Below are positions 13,401 through 25,510 of a stretch of DNA of 64,000 nt, one piece after another. Under the pieces are notes generated by a model. It saw nothing but the letters and a program-made list of their open reading frames with translations, did no database searches and had not been told where the DNA came from. Made by a program: the position numbers and the translations under genes. Origin of the DNA: Oopsacas minuta (Eukaryota; Animalia; Porifera); the NCBI GenBank assembly GCA_024704765.1, contig JAKMXF010000188.1:248001-312000 (forward strand), in the 5' to 3' direction. The stretch's first letter is position 1. Every line of letters starts with the position of its first letter.

Positions 13401-14628
13401 CATAAATACTCAAAATTCCTTGATTGTGGACAGAAGTTACTTCTGCCAATATTGTCGTCAATGAGCGATAGATATCCAGCGATGCTGAACGATCAGCATT
13501 GGTGTCTTCTCAAATCTGTTTACCGAACAACTCCAAAAACTCCGTAACTGAGGTATTTGACTTATAAGTGGTATTATGGTCTCGATTCTGGGTCCAGGTA
13601 TCTATGTCATCACTCATTCGACAAGTGAGGGATACCAACTCTTCAAATTTAGCTGTACGTGGAATTTTCTCCTTGGATTGAAAATAAACAAAGTCAAGAT
13701 AATTCAAAATATACTTCTCCTTCCTCATATACTTCTCCTTCCTCATATACTTCTCCTTCCTCATAGACTTCTCCTTCCTCATAGACTTCTCCTTCCTCAT
13801 AGACTTCTGCTTCGCTAGGTTTTCAGATGCCTCTTTAATGTAAATGCCGATGCTTCTATTCATCAAAGCAAGTTGTATGTGTTTACTGTCCTTTTCGTGA
13901 AAAGAGAAAGTTCCCACAAGTATACATTATATCTGAATACTTACTACTTAACAATTATTGGGGCAGTTACAATTGGAAATTTGGAATCATAATTGCTCTA
14001 AGAATATTCATCACCAATCATATAATAGTACGTAATTATGTATATCAAATAAATAAGAATATAAAAGGAATTTGTGGATGAGTACAATTGGAGAGGGATA
14101 ATTTTATCGTGAAAATTTAGAGTACGTCAATCCCCTGACTCTAGATGAACCCCTGCAAACAGTCTGTTGGCTGGACATCTTTTTACAGATTAGCGAGGTG
14201 TTCATCTATTAGAACTATCAATAAATAAGATATATATATATTATTTGACATGACAACTATGAGTTACGTAGGTACAGAAATGAATAATTGGATATATCAG
14301 AACATATTATGTATTATCCCTGTTACAATTCGAGATATATATACTTCACAAATCTAATTAATTTTTCAATAACTAAATAGTTCTAATGTTTCTAATTATT
14401 TGATTATAGACAGAGTAGGTTTCCTCCATAAATTAATAGCGATCTTATTTCATAGGTTGTACAGTAGCAATAGACGGTACTTTATTCAAAAAGCATCCTA
14501 AGCTCTCTGGAATAATGAGACAAACGTTAGATGAAGTGTTGCCTGGTAACAAGATACGTATTGTGGAATCTGAAGATGGATCTGGTAGAGGTGCTGCTAT
14601 AACAGCAGCTCTGGCCTCTTTACCTTAA
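7500..14628 (+). CDS. HK: Hexokinase, single-domain (445 aa), 6 exons
   Basis: Exons 7500-7802, 9027-9181, 9265-9452, 9984-10202, 11028-11327 and 14456-14628 join in frame through GT-AG introns (1338 nt). Motifs YLALDLGGSNFRV, LPLGFTFSFP, WTKGF, LVNDTTGTL, GTGTNACY, INTEWGAFG, FEKMISGKYMGELVR, IDGTLFKKHP and EDGSGRGAA. Confidence 0.96.
8036..8470 (+). mobile_element. Helentron-associated non-autonomous element (HINE/DINE-1-like) in hexokinase intron 1
   Basis: Starts tttt-agtacagctc, with the inverted subterminal copy gagctgtacta at 8452-8462 and an internal cgtctgtcc/cgtccgtcc microsatellite-like core. Other copies at about 11441-11540 (+) and 34080-34404 (-). The class assignment is inferred from architecture. 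Confidence 0.55.
9204..9229. repeat. (AAAC)n microsatellite in hexokinase intron 2
   Basis: caacaaacaaacaaacaaacaaacaa seen directly. Confidence 0.9.
12116..13917 (-). mobile_element. Fossil hAT transposase (ZNF862/DUF4371-like), antisense within hexokinase intron 5
   Basis: C-terminal hAT dimerisation motif FLCRPMGTASVERSFS (12116-12361) and N-terminal NTTYKSNTSVTEFLELFG (13510-13917). The frame is broken by stops and frameshifts; TIRs were not identified. Confidence 0.75.
13709..13809. repeat. 18-bp tandem repeat, 5 full units plus a partial (ata[t/g]acttctccttcctc)
   Basis: Units start at 13709, 13727, 13745, 13763, 13781 and 13799; they read MRKEK[S/Y] in the transposase frame. Confidence 0.95.
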
Positions 14629-15313
14629 ATAGGAAATTGATGGATTTACTGAGCTATACATTTACTTTATAGAGTATGGGAATATTAATTAGATTTTATT
14701 TGTGGTAAATTCTATCGAAATTAGTTGACAAGGATTATATATTATAAAATGGATCTGTTTATTGTAATTGTTGAATTATTTGATAATCTGTTATTATTGT
14801 AAGAGTATCCATATTATTGCATTTATAGCTACAATCTGACTGTATGTCTTAGTCGGTCAAGATTCTGATCGATACCCAACCAGACAACTATAGCCATAGG
14901 CATCCGAGATTTTTGTCCTGCTCGTTCGGATAATTACGTATAATTAAAGTCAAATATAGGCTACGCATAATATTAATAGAGCACTGGTTAATCTTCTCAA
15001 TCTGGTTAATCGGGTCATTTGACCAGAAACAGAGCCATGCAAATAGTGTTACATTACTCCGGTTAATCGAGTCAACACCATTATTCCACTTAATCAGGTC
15101 AAATGACCTGGTTCCGAAGTGACCCTATTTAGCGGAGTCTACTGTGTAAATATCCATTGTATGAGGGCTAGTATATCTCCTGGTAAACTCTGGGTAGACC
15201 TCTGTGCCATACCACCCGGATATTTCCTGGTGCCCGCAGGTGGGTTACGGGTGACGACATTTATAACTATATGTTTGTATTTACGTATCATACTTTACGC
15301 TTACAGCAAATTG

Positions 15314-15820
15314 ATGGTATTTTTTGCAAGAAGATTTTCATCATACAAACAATCCATAACAAACATTCTGACAGATTATGCAGAAACATTTCGAAGCTTT
15401 GGCAAATATTTCCGAGATAATCCTATAAAATGTTCTATCTCTTCGTCAGCTTTCCTCCTCCTTGCATATTTTACCTACCATTGTCCTGATAAATATTCTT
15501 ATGCAAATGAAATAATATCAAATACTAATGAGATATCTCTTCTCCCTTATCGACTTCGTAAAAGAACTACACAAGATCAGATATTTCACCTCATGCTATT
15601 ACTAGACCAAGGAAGTATCTGTACATTCTCTATTGGTCCATGTCGTATAGCTTATAAACGAAGAACTCCGTTCAACAACAGATTATATTATTTCAATTCA
15701 AAGTTTCTAATTCCCTCACATCTCACGTTCTTAGATAGAATATTAGACATAGGATTCATGAATAAATGGTGGTTTATGGATAAATTTATGTTAGATTATG
15801 ATGTAAGCGATGAAGAATAA
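15314..15820 (+). CDS. TIMM29: Mitochondrial import inner membrane translocase subunit Tim29 (168 aa)
   Basis: DYAETF...IGPCRIAY...LYYFNSKFL...FLDRILDIGFMNKWWFMDKFMLDYDVSDEE matches the Tim29 C-terminus (RVLDVGFVGRWW...MRDCDINDDE). The track ORF's N-terminal extension from 15119 overlaps repeat DNA. Confidence 0.85.
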   Translation: MVFFARRFSSYKQSITNILTDYAETFRSFGKYFRDNPIKCSISSSAFLLLAYFTYHCPDKYSYANEIISNTNEISLLPYRLRKRTTQDQIFHLMLLLDQGSICTFSIGPCRIAYKRRTPFNNRLYYFNSKFLIPSHLTFLDRILDIGFMNKWWFMDKFMLDYDVSDEE

Positions 15821-16221
15821 TATCTATTCTATTGTATTTGTATGTTACAATCTATACACTAATTACACTTGGCTATCCAAACAAATAACCAAGAGTGTAA
15901 ATTATAATTATTGGATTTCTTTGTGTGAGAATATATCCCCTTCCCCTCCCTCTTCAGAATTATTTCGAACATAGTGTTCAAAAAGGTGACTAATATGTCA
16001 TAATTATGTCAAATGTGAGAATTTTCGTTTAACACTTGAACTTGTTCGATGTAACGTACTCCCAATATATTACTGTATGCCAAAAATCACTCCTAGGTGT
16101 CTTCTCTATTCTTTAATCAATTCGGTAAATTCAAGAATATATTTCATACTAATAATCCTATGAATACAAATCATAAAATCAATACTTATACAAGAAATAA
16201 TTAGTTGTGCGTACATAAGAT

Positions 16222-19200
16222 ATGGGTTCTGGTAAAGACGATAAGAAAGCTAAAACAAAGAAGAAGACTCTGTCAGACCATTACTCAGAAGAGGAGAAGT
16301 ACTGGAGTAGCTTTAATGAGAAATCTAATTCTCTCTCTAGAGACAGAGACCGGAACTTCCTAATGATGTCTGCTAAGTCTAATCAGAAGGATACAAACCC
16401 TGAATCACCACCAGGGAAGAACAAGACACCTATTCTAACACCCCCTGTTGATCTGATACCTACCAGAGGACTGGGTCTACAGGACAGCGACCCCAACACC
16501 TCCCGGTTCCAAGTGGACCACCTTGTCACCCTCCACTACCCTTCTGGTAGGCCACAGCTCCCTGAAGAGAGTGTCCAGCGTATGAGAGAGCTAGCTATAT
16601 CCGGTACTCTATACTCTCAGGAGGTATATCTGTGTGTAGCTAGTTCATATCTTGCTATCAGACAGTTTCATACTAATGAAGTTATCAACTGGTTTCCTAT
16701 GTTACAGATTAGTAAGGTAAGGTCTATATACATACATACTATATACAGTAGAATCTCCTATATTTATTAATTAATACAAATCACACTATAACAATCCACT
16801 GACTTCAATACGTTTTCTAGGAATATTCGTACTGAATATACTCAGTATAAGACCAGTAAACTTTGTATTAAACGACACTCATTTGGTAAGCAAAAAAGTT
16901 CGTTATATACGATGTGTCGCTAAATCCGAAGTTGCTCCAATGGTGTATACTGTATGTACTGTCAATCCAAACCCAATTATTCACAAAGTAGACTAATTTT
17001 CCTGAACTTTCCTGCAAATACAGAACTATTTCTGCATTACACAGTAAAAATCCGCCAAAGTCGTAATATCCAATGTGATTTGAATGCACCAGGCATGGAA
17101 AAGTGTAAATTTATTCGAAGTGTCGTTATACCCGCAGTATGGTGTGTAGAAATAGTGTTGGGGATTTCTGGGCTCGAAAAAGTGTCATTATCACGATTTG
17201 TCGCTAAAACGGATGTCGTAATTCCGAAGTTTACTGTGTACAGTGAAGCGAGACCCCACAAATTTGGTCCCCCGCTTCTACGGGTTCAGCCTTTTGGAGG
17301 TTCATTCGGTACGTGATCTTTTCAGTAAGTGGACAGTTCGGTACATGGTTTTCGCTCTGCTGTTCACACCTTTAAAAAGATTAAGACACCAAATTTGGCA
17401 TGTGTACTCGTATTGACATATAGTTGTGCACATGACATTTGAAAAAGTTCACACTTTTTGACACCAATTTTAAGTACTACAAATTCCAGAGTTAACCTAT
17501 GAAAGTAAAGATTACAGTGTAACCTCGGTTATCTAGACTGGTTGGTAGTGTTTTGAAAATTAAACTTGGATAATCAAGTTGGTACTTTACTTCATCGTTA
17601 TTATAGATTACTAAAGTAAAAATTTCAATTCATCATAACTTGTTTTTCCTAATTTAGCATAATAATTGATTATTCCAGAATATTTGTAGTAGAATTCCCC
17701 TAGTTCACAACTTATTGATTAACGAATAGTTCTCTAGCTACCCTACCCTCCCCCTGGCCACCCTTAGGGGGTGCACATGTCCACTGTGCCTTATGGTAGC
17801 TACGCGCCTGCCGTCTAACATTAACAATTCTATCCAACAGGTATATGCATACTCTGGAAAGAAAGAGTTCCCCAACCTTTTGATAGTCCACACACATGAC
17901 AATAGAGGCAGTAAGCCGTTCATACACATATTCGGATGTGAGCAAGCTAATAACCGTGAGATAAGAGATCTCTTAATATCCTTCTTAAACAGACGTTATT
18001 CCTCAGAGCTAACACACACCCCACAGATGGACACTATAGAGGAGCATTCATCTTCTGGAGAGGATGCTCCACCCACTCACAGGAAGCTCAGCATCTGGGA
18101 GAAACTCTCCTCTCGTCCCTCTACTAAATCCAAGGCTCTAATATTTGAGGAAGGTGCTGTAGCGGAGGGAGGTGCTGTCAGGACAGACAAATCCCCTCCT
18201 TCTCATAAGATAGGTTTGTTGTATAATTGATTGATCCGAACAGCAGGAAGCATATTTAATTTGTAATAATTCTCTAAGTTTCACCTGAGAAGGGAGCTTC
18301 AGACTACAGTGTTAGTTTATTTAAACGATGTAGTATGTTAGTCCAATATTTGTATAGATATGCAATCAAATATTACAAATTACAAAATCCACATTTACAT
18401 ATTCAGTGGAACCTCGTTAATACGATCACCAAGGGACTGTTAAAATTATTCGCTTTATCAGGAGTTCGTAAACCCTATTGAACAAGATAGGTACCTTGTT
18501 TTATGGTAAATATATGTTTGTCTTATGTGGAAATTCGGATTAACTTAAGGTTCCACTGTAACTTCAAGCAGTGAATTTCATACTACCAAAGACACCATCT
18601 CAGTCATTAGAAAGATTTAACTTATCCAAACACCAAACTTGAATTTCAAACAAAGGTGTTCGTATAACCTAAGGTGTACTACTATTTATATCTTATACAG
18701 GTCTAGCAGCAGCAGAGCTAAATCAACAAAGGAACAAAGCTAACCTAATACAGAGAGATATAGATCTGTTAAATGCTGCTCTAGATGACGTAGAACTAAC
18801 AGCTGATTTAGTTCATAACTACATTACTTATCAAAAGGTAGGGAAGAAGAAAAAGAAAGGGAGGACATCTTCTCGACCCTCAGAGCCTCCTCGTCCCCCC
18901 TCCAAGACAGAGCTAATTGATTCTTTCCAGAAATCTCGGTACGCTACTAATCTGCTAGGAAAGCTAGGTTTGTTATTTCCCACTTATATGATTATTCATT
19001 ACATATTTACAGAAAGTTATTCGTCAGGATGATTGCCTCCCCAACAATGCTCGACATTAGTCCAAGGCAGTGACGTTAACCGATAAAAAACTGCGAAATG
19101 TTGCTTCCTTAGTTAGCTATTTGCTGAGTCCCAACAAATTCACTATTCCAGCCGTCCTCAACAAAGGCCCTTGACCCGTTGGTAACCACGGACGACAACA

Positions 19201-22200
19201 GGGGGCCCATAGGATCTCACATTTTGTATTACAATCTATGGGAGGGGTCCACAGATTATGTTAAATTGGCAGATGGGTGAAAAAGAGTTGGAACCGCTGT
19301 TATACAATTGTATGGCAAATAAGCAATGCATTCTAAATGTACTCGTATTATTGCTACACATATAATTCCTATATAATAGTCTAATACTATAATATGTGTA
19401 ACAGGTCATCATCTAAGGAACCCCAATTGCTGTGAGATACTCAATCTACTCATGGAGACTATAAAGGGATTATCTGACTTTACAGGAGGTTTTAAGTTAG
19501 TGTCAGCTGTTAATGTACCTCTCCTGACAGACAGGTCAGTTAGACTGTTGTCTCGAGGTCTCAGTAAGGAAATGAAGGTGAGCTGTAGCCTATAGTTATT
19601 CGAGAGTGGGTATTATAGAGATATGGCATACGAGCACTTGTGCATTCGGCAATTAAGGTGACCCCACGTCATAGGCGTAAAATCTGTAGGGCCTGTGGGT
19701 GCCTGGGCACCCACGACAGAATAACTTTTGTAAATTTTTAACGAAATATTCGGAAGATTTCAATGCTACTTAAGAATAAATGCATTAAAAGCATTGAACA
19801 CTACTTTAAACAATTCAAACAGTATAAGAGTAGTATCAGGGCTGGGGTTGGTTAGCCGAAATAAGCTTACTAGACCTCCTATTGGTGCTCCCTAGTCGCT
19901 ACACTCCATTTTCATTCTAAATGGGCACCCACTACAGATTGACATCTGAGGGCAAAAGTTTATGCCTATACCCCACCTCGAGGTTCCCTGATCTCAATTC
20001 ATTAAGAGAATGAGTATGCCAGGATATATACTGAGTACGCATTGATACATGACCCAATGTACTTTGACACATTGGTACATCCTTTCATTTCAGCGTTTCA
20101 GAATCGCCTTCAGGGACTGAGACAACTCTATAAGGGGGAAGACAAGCTCTTGTCCATCAAAATCTATGTGAGCATACATCAAATATATTTCATGTATGCT
20201 ACGCAATTCAGACAAATCCATAATCTAGTCATTCATTCAAATATCATTATATGAATCTGAAACATATAAATTTATTTATTTACATGTTATCTGGAATTCA
20301 TTCTATTTCTTTATACCTATTCTAATCCGATTCTATACACAGGTTTATTGGACCAATCTGGGTACAAACTGGATGCTAACTCACTCCAGCTGGCCACAAA
20401 CTAAACCAATTCCTAAATATGACGTCATCTTCTCTAACGGATACACAATAGACAACCTCCCTCTCAATGAGCCCACCATCTGGGGGAATCTAGACCCTCT
20501 CCCTGAGCTGGAACGTCCCACTGACTACTCAGACGCTTATGATCATATCCAAGTAATCCCCCAGGCTGTAGAGAAGATCTCAAAAGACATAGAATCTGCC
20601 GTGTTTAAACAGGCTAAGCAGGTTAAGAGCAGAGCAGCAGATTCTCACACAGATTCTACTCACTCACTCTCCAGCAGTAAGCAGACACCTCAACCTGCTG
20701 TCAAGCCTCCTTCCCTCACTGCTCTACCTCAGGAGAATCAGTTAATCATTACACAGGACTACAAGAGACGATCTAAGGAACAGCTGAGTGTGTATCGAGG
20801 AGAGGTTGTAGACGTGTTGGAGAAGAGGACTGATGCCTATATTGTCCGTAACACACTAGGGGAGCAGGGGTTTGTTCCTATATCCTCCCTCACAGGAGAA
20901 AAGCTACCCTCTAGAAGACAATCCCCTACTGTACCGCGAAAGGACTCTCAACCCCAACCTACCAGCAGGAGAGGTTCCTCAACAGCCATAGGAGACATCC
21001 CTAACTTCGACCCCCCTCCCGTCCCGTTTAGCATACCCCCTCCTCCTCCAGATATTCCACCCAACTGGCCACATGATGTTATTGTCAAGCCAGCACGTCC
21101 TGCTGTGAAACTAAAATCTAAAGGACAACATCATTTGGCATTCGAAGACGCCGGTATAATCAGAGAATTATCTAAACGCAAACCCCTCAGAACTACATCT
21201 AACAATCCCAAACATTTCCCGACTAATCAGCAGCCTGATAATATACAGAGCGAGATTGCACTCAAATTCCAGAGAGAGCCTCCGGTTGCTAGGAAACCAG
21301 ATGTTAACCCGATCACTACATCCTCCACTAAGGAAGATGTGTTGCTATGGTTACAGCACTATTCTTATCTTATTGCAGCTGAGAGGCTGAGAGGAATGAA
21401 GGGATCAGATCTCATATCCGTTACTAAGGAAGAGCTCAGGAATGTGTGCGGGTTTGGAGAGGGCACACGACTGTTTTCTCATCTACAAAAGCAAGGGGCT
21501 GGGGGTGGAGGACACCAATTAGAGACGATGAGTACTCTTTTACCGGGTAGGGATGCAGGAGATGACCAAGATAGGGGAGGGTTCAGTAAGTTCCTAAAGG
21601 AGCATCGTGATAAAATTTCCGGTAAGTCTCCTCACCCTGATGAAGGTCCCTCTGTCTGGCAACAGATACAGGCTTCTAAAGCTGAGACAGAAAAGTTAGA
21701 GAGACGGAGACAGAAGGAAGAGATATGGGCCAGGAGACGACGTACTCGAGAGCTCGAGGAGCAGGCTGACCGTCAGGATACACCTCCCCCTGTGGAAAGA
21801 GAGGAGACTAAGAAGAAGAGTCATAGAAAAGGATCCAGGAAAGATGACACTAAGGAACGGAGGAGCAGAAGGAGACATAAGACCTCTCACAAGATACACG
21901 TGTCTTCTGAGAGCAGTGATTCAGCTGATTCTGATACAACCTCTGTGACGTCATCTGATTATGATTCATACAGTACTTCATCTCAGAGCTCTGAGGATGT
22001 GAAGGAAACTAAATCTAAGAAGAAGGAACCTACTTCCACTGCCCCCCCTCCTGTTGCTCCTCAGCCTGCTGCTCCTCAGTACCCGGGACAGATGTACCCA
22101 CAAATGTTACCCCATGGGTACCCTCAGGTAGGATACATGCCCTCTCCACATATTCAGTACCAAGAGATGATGACACAGCAATTATTACATAATCAGCAAG

Positions 22201-22385
22201 TAGCTCATGCTGAGCAAGATGCCTGGAACGCTGAGATGAGACTCAAACAACTAAGGACCCAGCAAGCCATGGGGCTCCCTCACCCTCCCACAGGTATGTA
22301 CGGTGCTTATGGACCTTCTATTCTTCCTACAACACCTTCTTACGGTTATCCTAGTTTCGAAAGGAACTACACTTCTATCATTTGA
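16222..22385 (+). CDS. EPS8: EPS8-like signalling adaptor (PTB, central helical region, SH3, SAM/PNT, long C-terminal tail), about 1116 aa, 5 exons
   Basis: Exons 16222-16716, 17841-18213, 18701-18967, 19405-19577 and 20343-22385 join in frame (3351 nt). PTB (FQVDHLVT...HIFGCE), RDIDLLNAALDDVE, FQKSRYATNLLGKL, SH3 (QDYKRRSKEQLSVYRGEVV...GEQGFVP) and SAM (ITTSSTKEDVLLWL...EGTRLFSHL) are all visible. Confidence 0.88.
16854..17236. mobile_element. pogo/Tc1-type MITE in EPS8 intron 1
   Basis: cagtaaact...acgac at 16854 is inverted as gtcgta...agtttactg ending at 17236. Confidence 0.55.
18404..18558. mobile_element. pogo/Tigger-type MITE
   Basis: TIRs CAGTGGAACCT / AGGTTCCACTG, with TA after the right end. 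Related elements at about 31306-31466, 39870-40020, 49160-49347 and 49423-49605. Confidence 0.7.
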
Positions 22386-22926
22386 ACAATCAACTGTTAT
22401 ATTTGTATTTTATAGTATAAACAGTGTTTTACCCCTCTTATCGTTAATACATATTCTACACTTATTTATTCATGGAATATCAATTCAAAATTATTTGTAC
22501 TTTGAACTTTATGCCCAGATATTCTACCATGCGAACACATCGAACATGGTACACACTTCATCATGAACATCTTTCATGAATACGAATAAATCTGAATGTA
22601 GCAATAGCTTCATGCAATCGACCTATAATAATATAGTTTTATTTAACAATTATATATTAGCTGTACTTATACTAATGAGATCATCCACTCTTGACCATTT
22701 TCCATTTGTTTATTCCAGGATCAGTTAGATATCGATAAGTATCACGGTTGCCGTGGGAACGGAATTTCAATTCCCATTCCCACGGCAACCCTCCTGCTAA
22801 GTATGGTTACATTTTGAATTATTAAGGTTTGTATGTATTGTTTAACTTTTGAGATTGAGATTGACCGGTCTGTTCGGTTTACGGATAAGCTGACGGGTTC
22901 TATCTCTAGCCTCGAGCTATTATGTA

Positions 22927-23174
22927 CACTGCCTGGCCAAAAGTATTGGAACACCCTGCCACAATTAATACCTGAAACAAAGGCTATGCTACCATAGTTG
23001 TATAAGCTAAAGATGATTACAAAAAATGTTGAACTTAAATATATCGTAAAACGAATGATAACAAGCTATTGTTCTACTTTCTGCAATATCCATAGAATCT
23101 TTCAACATATTCTCATCTAATGCCACTTGTGCACAAGTTGTAAACAGTGTTCCAATACTTTTGGCCAGGCAGTG
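22927..23174. mobile_element. Tc1-type MITE, 248 bp, with perfect 28-bp TIRs
   Basis: CACTGCCTGGCCAAAAGTATTGGAACAC (22927-22954) and its exact reverse complement (23147-23174), flanked by TA on both sides. Confidence 0.92.
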
Positions 23175-23476
23175 TAGTGTTTCAATATTGCATATTTCAT
23201 TCTAGTAATAATTAATATATACTAGACTTTACTACATTTATTAAGATGTGTTTAATAGGAATCTACAAATTGATGTTTATCAAGAGTAAATATATACCAA
23301 ACAAATATTAGATTAACATTGGTAAACAAAGCAAAGTGTGAAGGATTACTAACTACTTATGAATAAACAAAAAGTAAGAATAGTTAGATTAACAGTATAC
23401 GAAATAACTGAGATATACTTAAGTATGAATTATGTGAACAATTTTGATTATCAGGAGTACAATAGTTAATCAGAAT

Positions 23477-24700
23477 TCAGAAAATGCAAAGTTTCTTGTC
23501 ATCTCTCCACAAACTACTATTTCTCTTCCTTGATTATCTACTGTAACTCCTTAAGGTTCAGATACAGATATCCTGTGTATAATTTCGAATTGAGAGTTAA
23601 AAATAGAAATTGAGTCGATGTTATAACCAGAATTTAATCTGAAGTAAGAATATTGTCAGGACTGTCAATATAGGAGAACCAAGGAGAATCCACCTGTAAT
23701 CTCCGCCCTCGAGAAATAAAACTCTTCTATAGAATGAGATTGTAGTTATACAGATGAAGACATGGATTAGACAAATCTAGAATAAATCTGAATTCTCTTG
23801 TTGGTTTAACGTCAAGAGGGTTTGAGAGTTTATCATGTCCAAATTGTGTTTTGAAGCCAAGTTCTTTGGAAAGTATCTGCATATGATTATTATAACTATC
23901 ACATATGTATACCTCTCCAGTAGATTCATCAATTGTCAGACTACGAGGATTATTAAATGTTAATTCTCCTTTCCCAGATTTCCCCACTCTAGAAATTAAC
24001 TTCCCATTAACTTCATAATTGAGAATATGGCCGCTTCCTTGTGAAATTAGAATTCTATCTCCACATATAGCTATCCAAATTGGATGTTCTATCTTCCTGT
24101 CTACAAATTTGAATAGAAACTTGCTATTCTTATTGACTACTTTCACACTATAATTCTCCCAATCAGCTACATTGATATTTCCTGTAGTATTATCAACAAC
24201 CACTCCTTTTGGAAATTTCACAAACACTGACTATAGGATCTATTTTGCTCTTATAGCCTATAGCAGAGACTATTGTCTCTAGCAACTTGCCTAGCTTCTT
24301 AACTATCACACACAAAATGTACAAGTTTTGGTTGAATTGGAGTCTCAATTGAATCCAGTTGACATGCAGTTGTTCATTGACTAACTTGAGTATATTCTCC
24401 TATGAACATTCGATATTAGTAACAGGTTTAGATTTAATATCTTGCTTCAATGTGTTGAGGTATTTCTTCTTCTCAAATGCTATATCACATTCTCTTCTAT
24501 AAGAATGATAGGAAGCTAGAACCTTATCGGGTCACTTATTAGCTCATATTCTCTTGCTTTCAAGCAATCAGATAATTCTCTGAATTCTCTTTCAATCCTC
24601 TCCCTTACTCGACTCAATTCAATCATAAAATTGTATTCTCCTCTATATCTCGCCAATGGATTAGCGGTAGCTATTAGTTTTGTTATGTCACTTCATAAAT
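23477..24700 (-). pseudogene. NHL-repeat (beta-propeller) protein pseudogene
   Basis: NHL blades FPKGVVVDNTTGNINVADWENYSVKV and FNNPRSLTIDESTGEVYICDSYNNHMQI. In-frame TAG at 23727-23729, further stops and frameshifts, and a degraded coiled-coil N-terminus. Boundaries are approximate. Confidence 0.82.
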
Positions 24701-24849
24701 TAGATTTAGTTTAGGAAATCAGACATAGTAGGTTATCTATTGAGCTCTAAACTAAATATAACAAATATATATCTACTATTCTAGAGTATATATCAGATTA
24801 CTACTACGTATAATCATTTATAAATTAGTGTAGTGTAATTACACTTTCT

Positions 24850-25510
24850 CAAGAAAACTGTCAAGATGGTAGGAAGATTGTCAAGAATCTCAAGAGACTG
24901 TAATAGCGTAGAGAAGAAAGAGAGCTAATAACGAAGTATATGAACCTACAGGTCTAACTTTATATGAACGCAATCAGCTGACATACATAATTGATTCTGG
25001 TAAATGTCATATTAAAGTTGTTACTTTTGAGGGAAACTTTGTCACTAATTTTGGACGAGACGTACTCGAGGAGCGATGGGGTATAGCAGTAACAGAAGAT
25101 CCCTTCTTCGTTACGGATATTGCACTCTATGTTTTGTTCCAATTCAGTGATTTAAAGCTAGTGAGGACTGGTACCAGAAGGTCAGGAGAGGGAGAGCTAG
25201 ATTGTTCTACAGGACTCTGTAGATACAATAACGGAGAGTCGGAGACGTGTTGACTGTATGTAGCTGACAATACAATTACAGAGTTTGTATTTACTCATGA
25301 GAACTTAAATTATCTGGGTACTTAATAACTACATTTACCTGTAGATGTAAAATTAACTCCAACAGTAAAGTAGTGCTAGACAAGAGCTTAAATCGTGTTC
25401 ACTTCTACTCAAGAAAAGGGCACTTGATAAACATTTCTCTGCAGTATACTACCTACTTTGGTATGTAATTCATACTTCTTCTGTTTGGATCCAACAAGAG
25501 ATATCCTAAT
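24850..25510 (+). pseudogene. Second NHL-repeat pseudogene, divergently oriented
   Basis: Plus strand reads YIIDSGKCHIKVVTFEGNFVTNFGRDVLEERWGIAVTEDPFFVTD...TGTRRSGEGELD...YVADN, followed by frameshifts. Not in the ORF track. Boundaries are approximate. Confidence 0.72.

Noticed and set aside
13576-13818. ORF with HILLLP/HRLLLP repeats
   Set aside because: Antisense reading of the 18-bp tandem repeat in the hAT fossil.
15119-15313. N-terminal extension of the TIMM29 ORF
   Set aside because: Starts at GTG inside a MITE remnant; homology begins only after the ATG at 15314.
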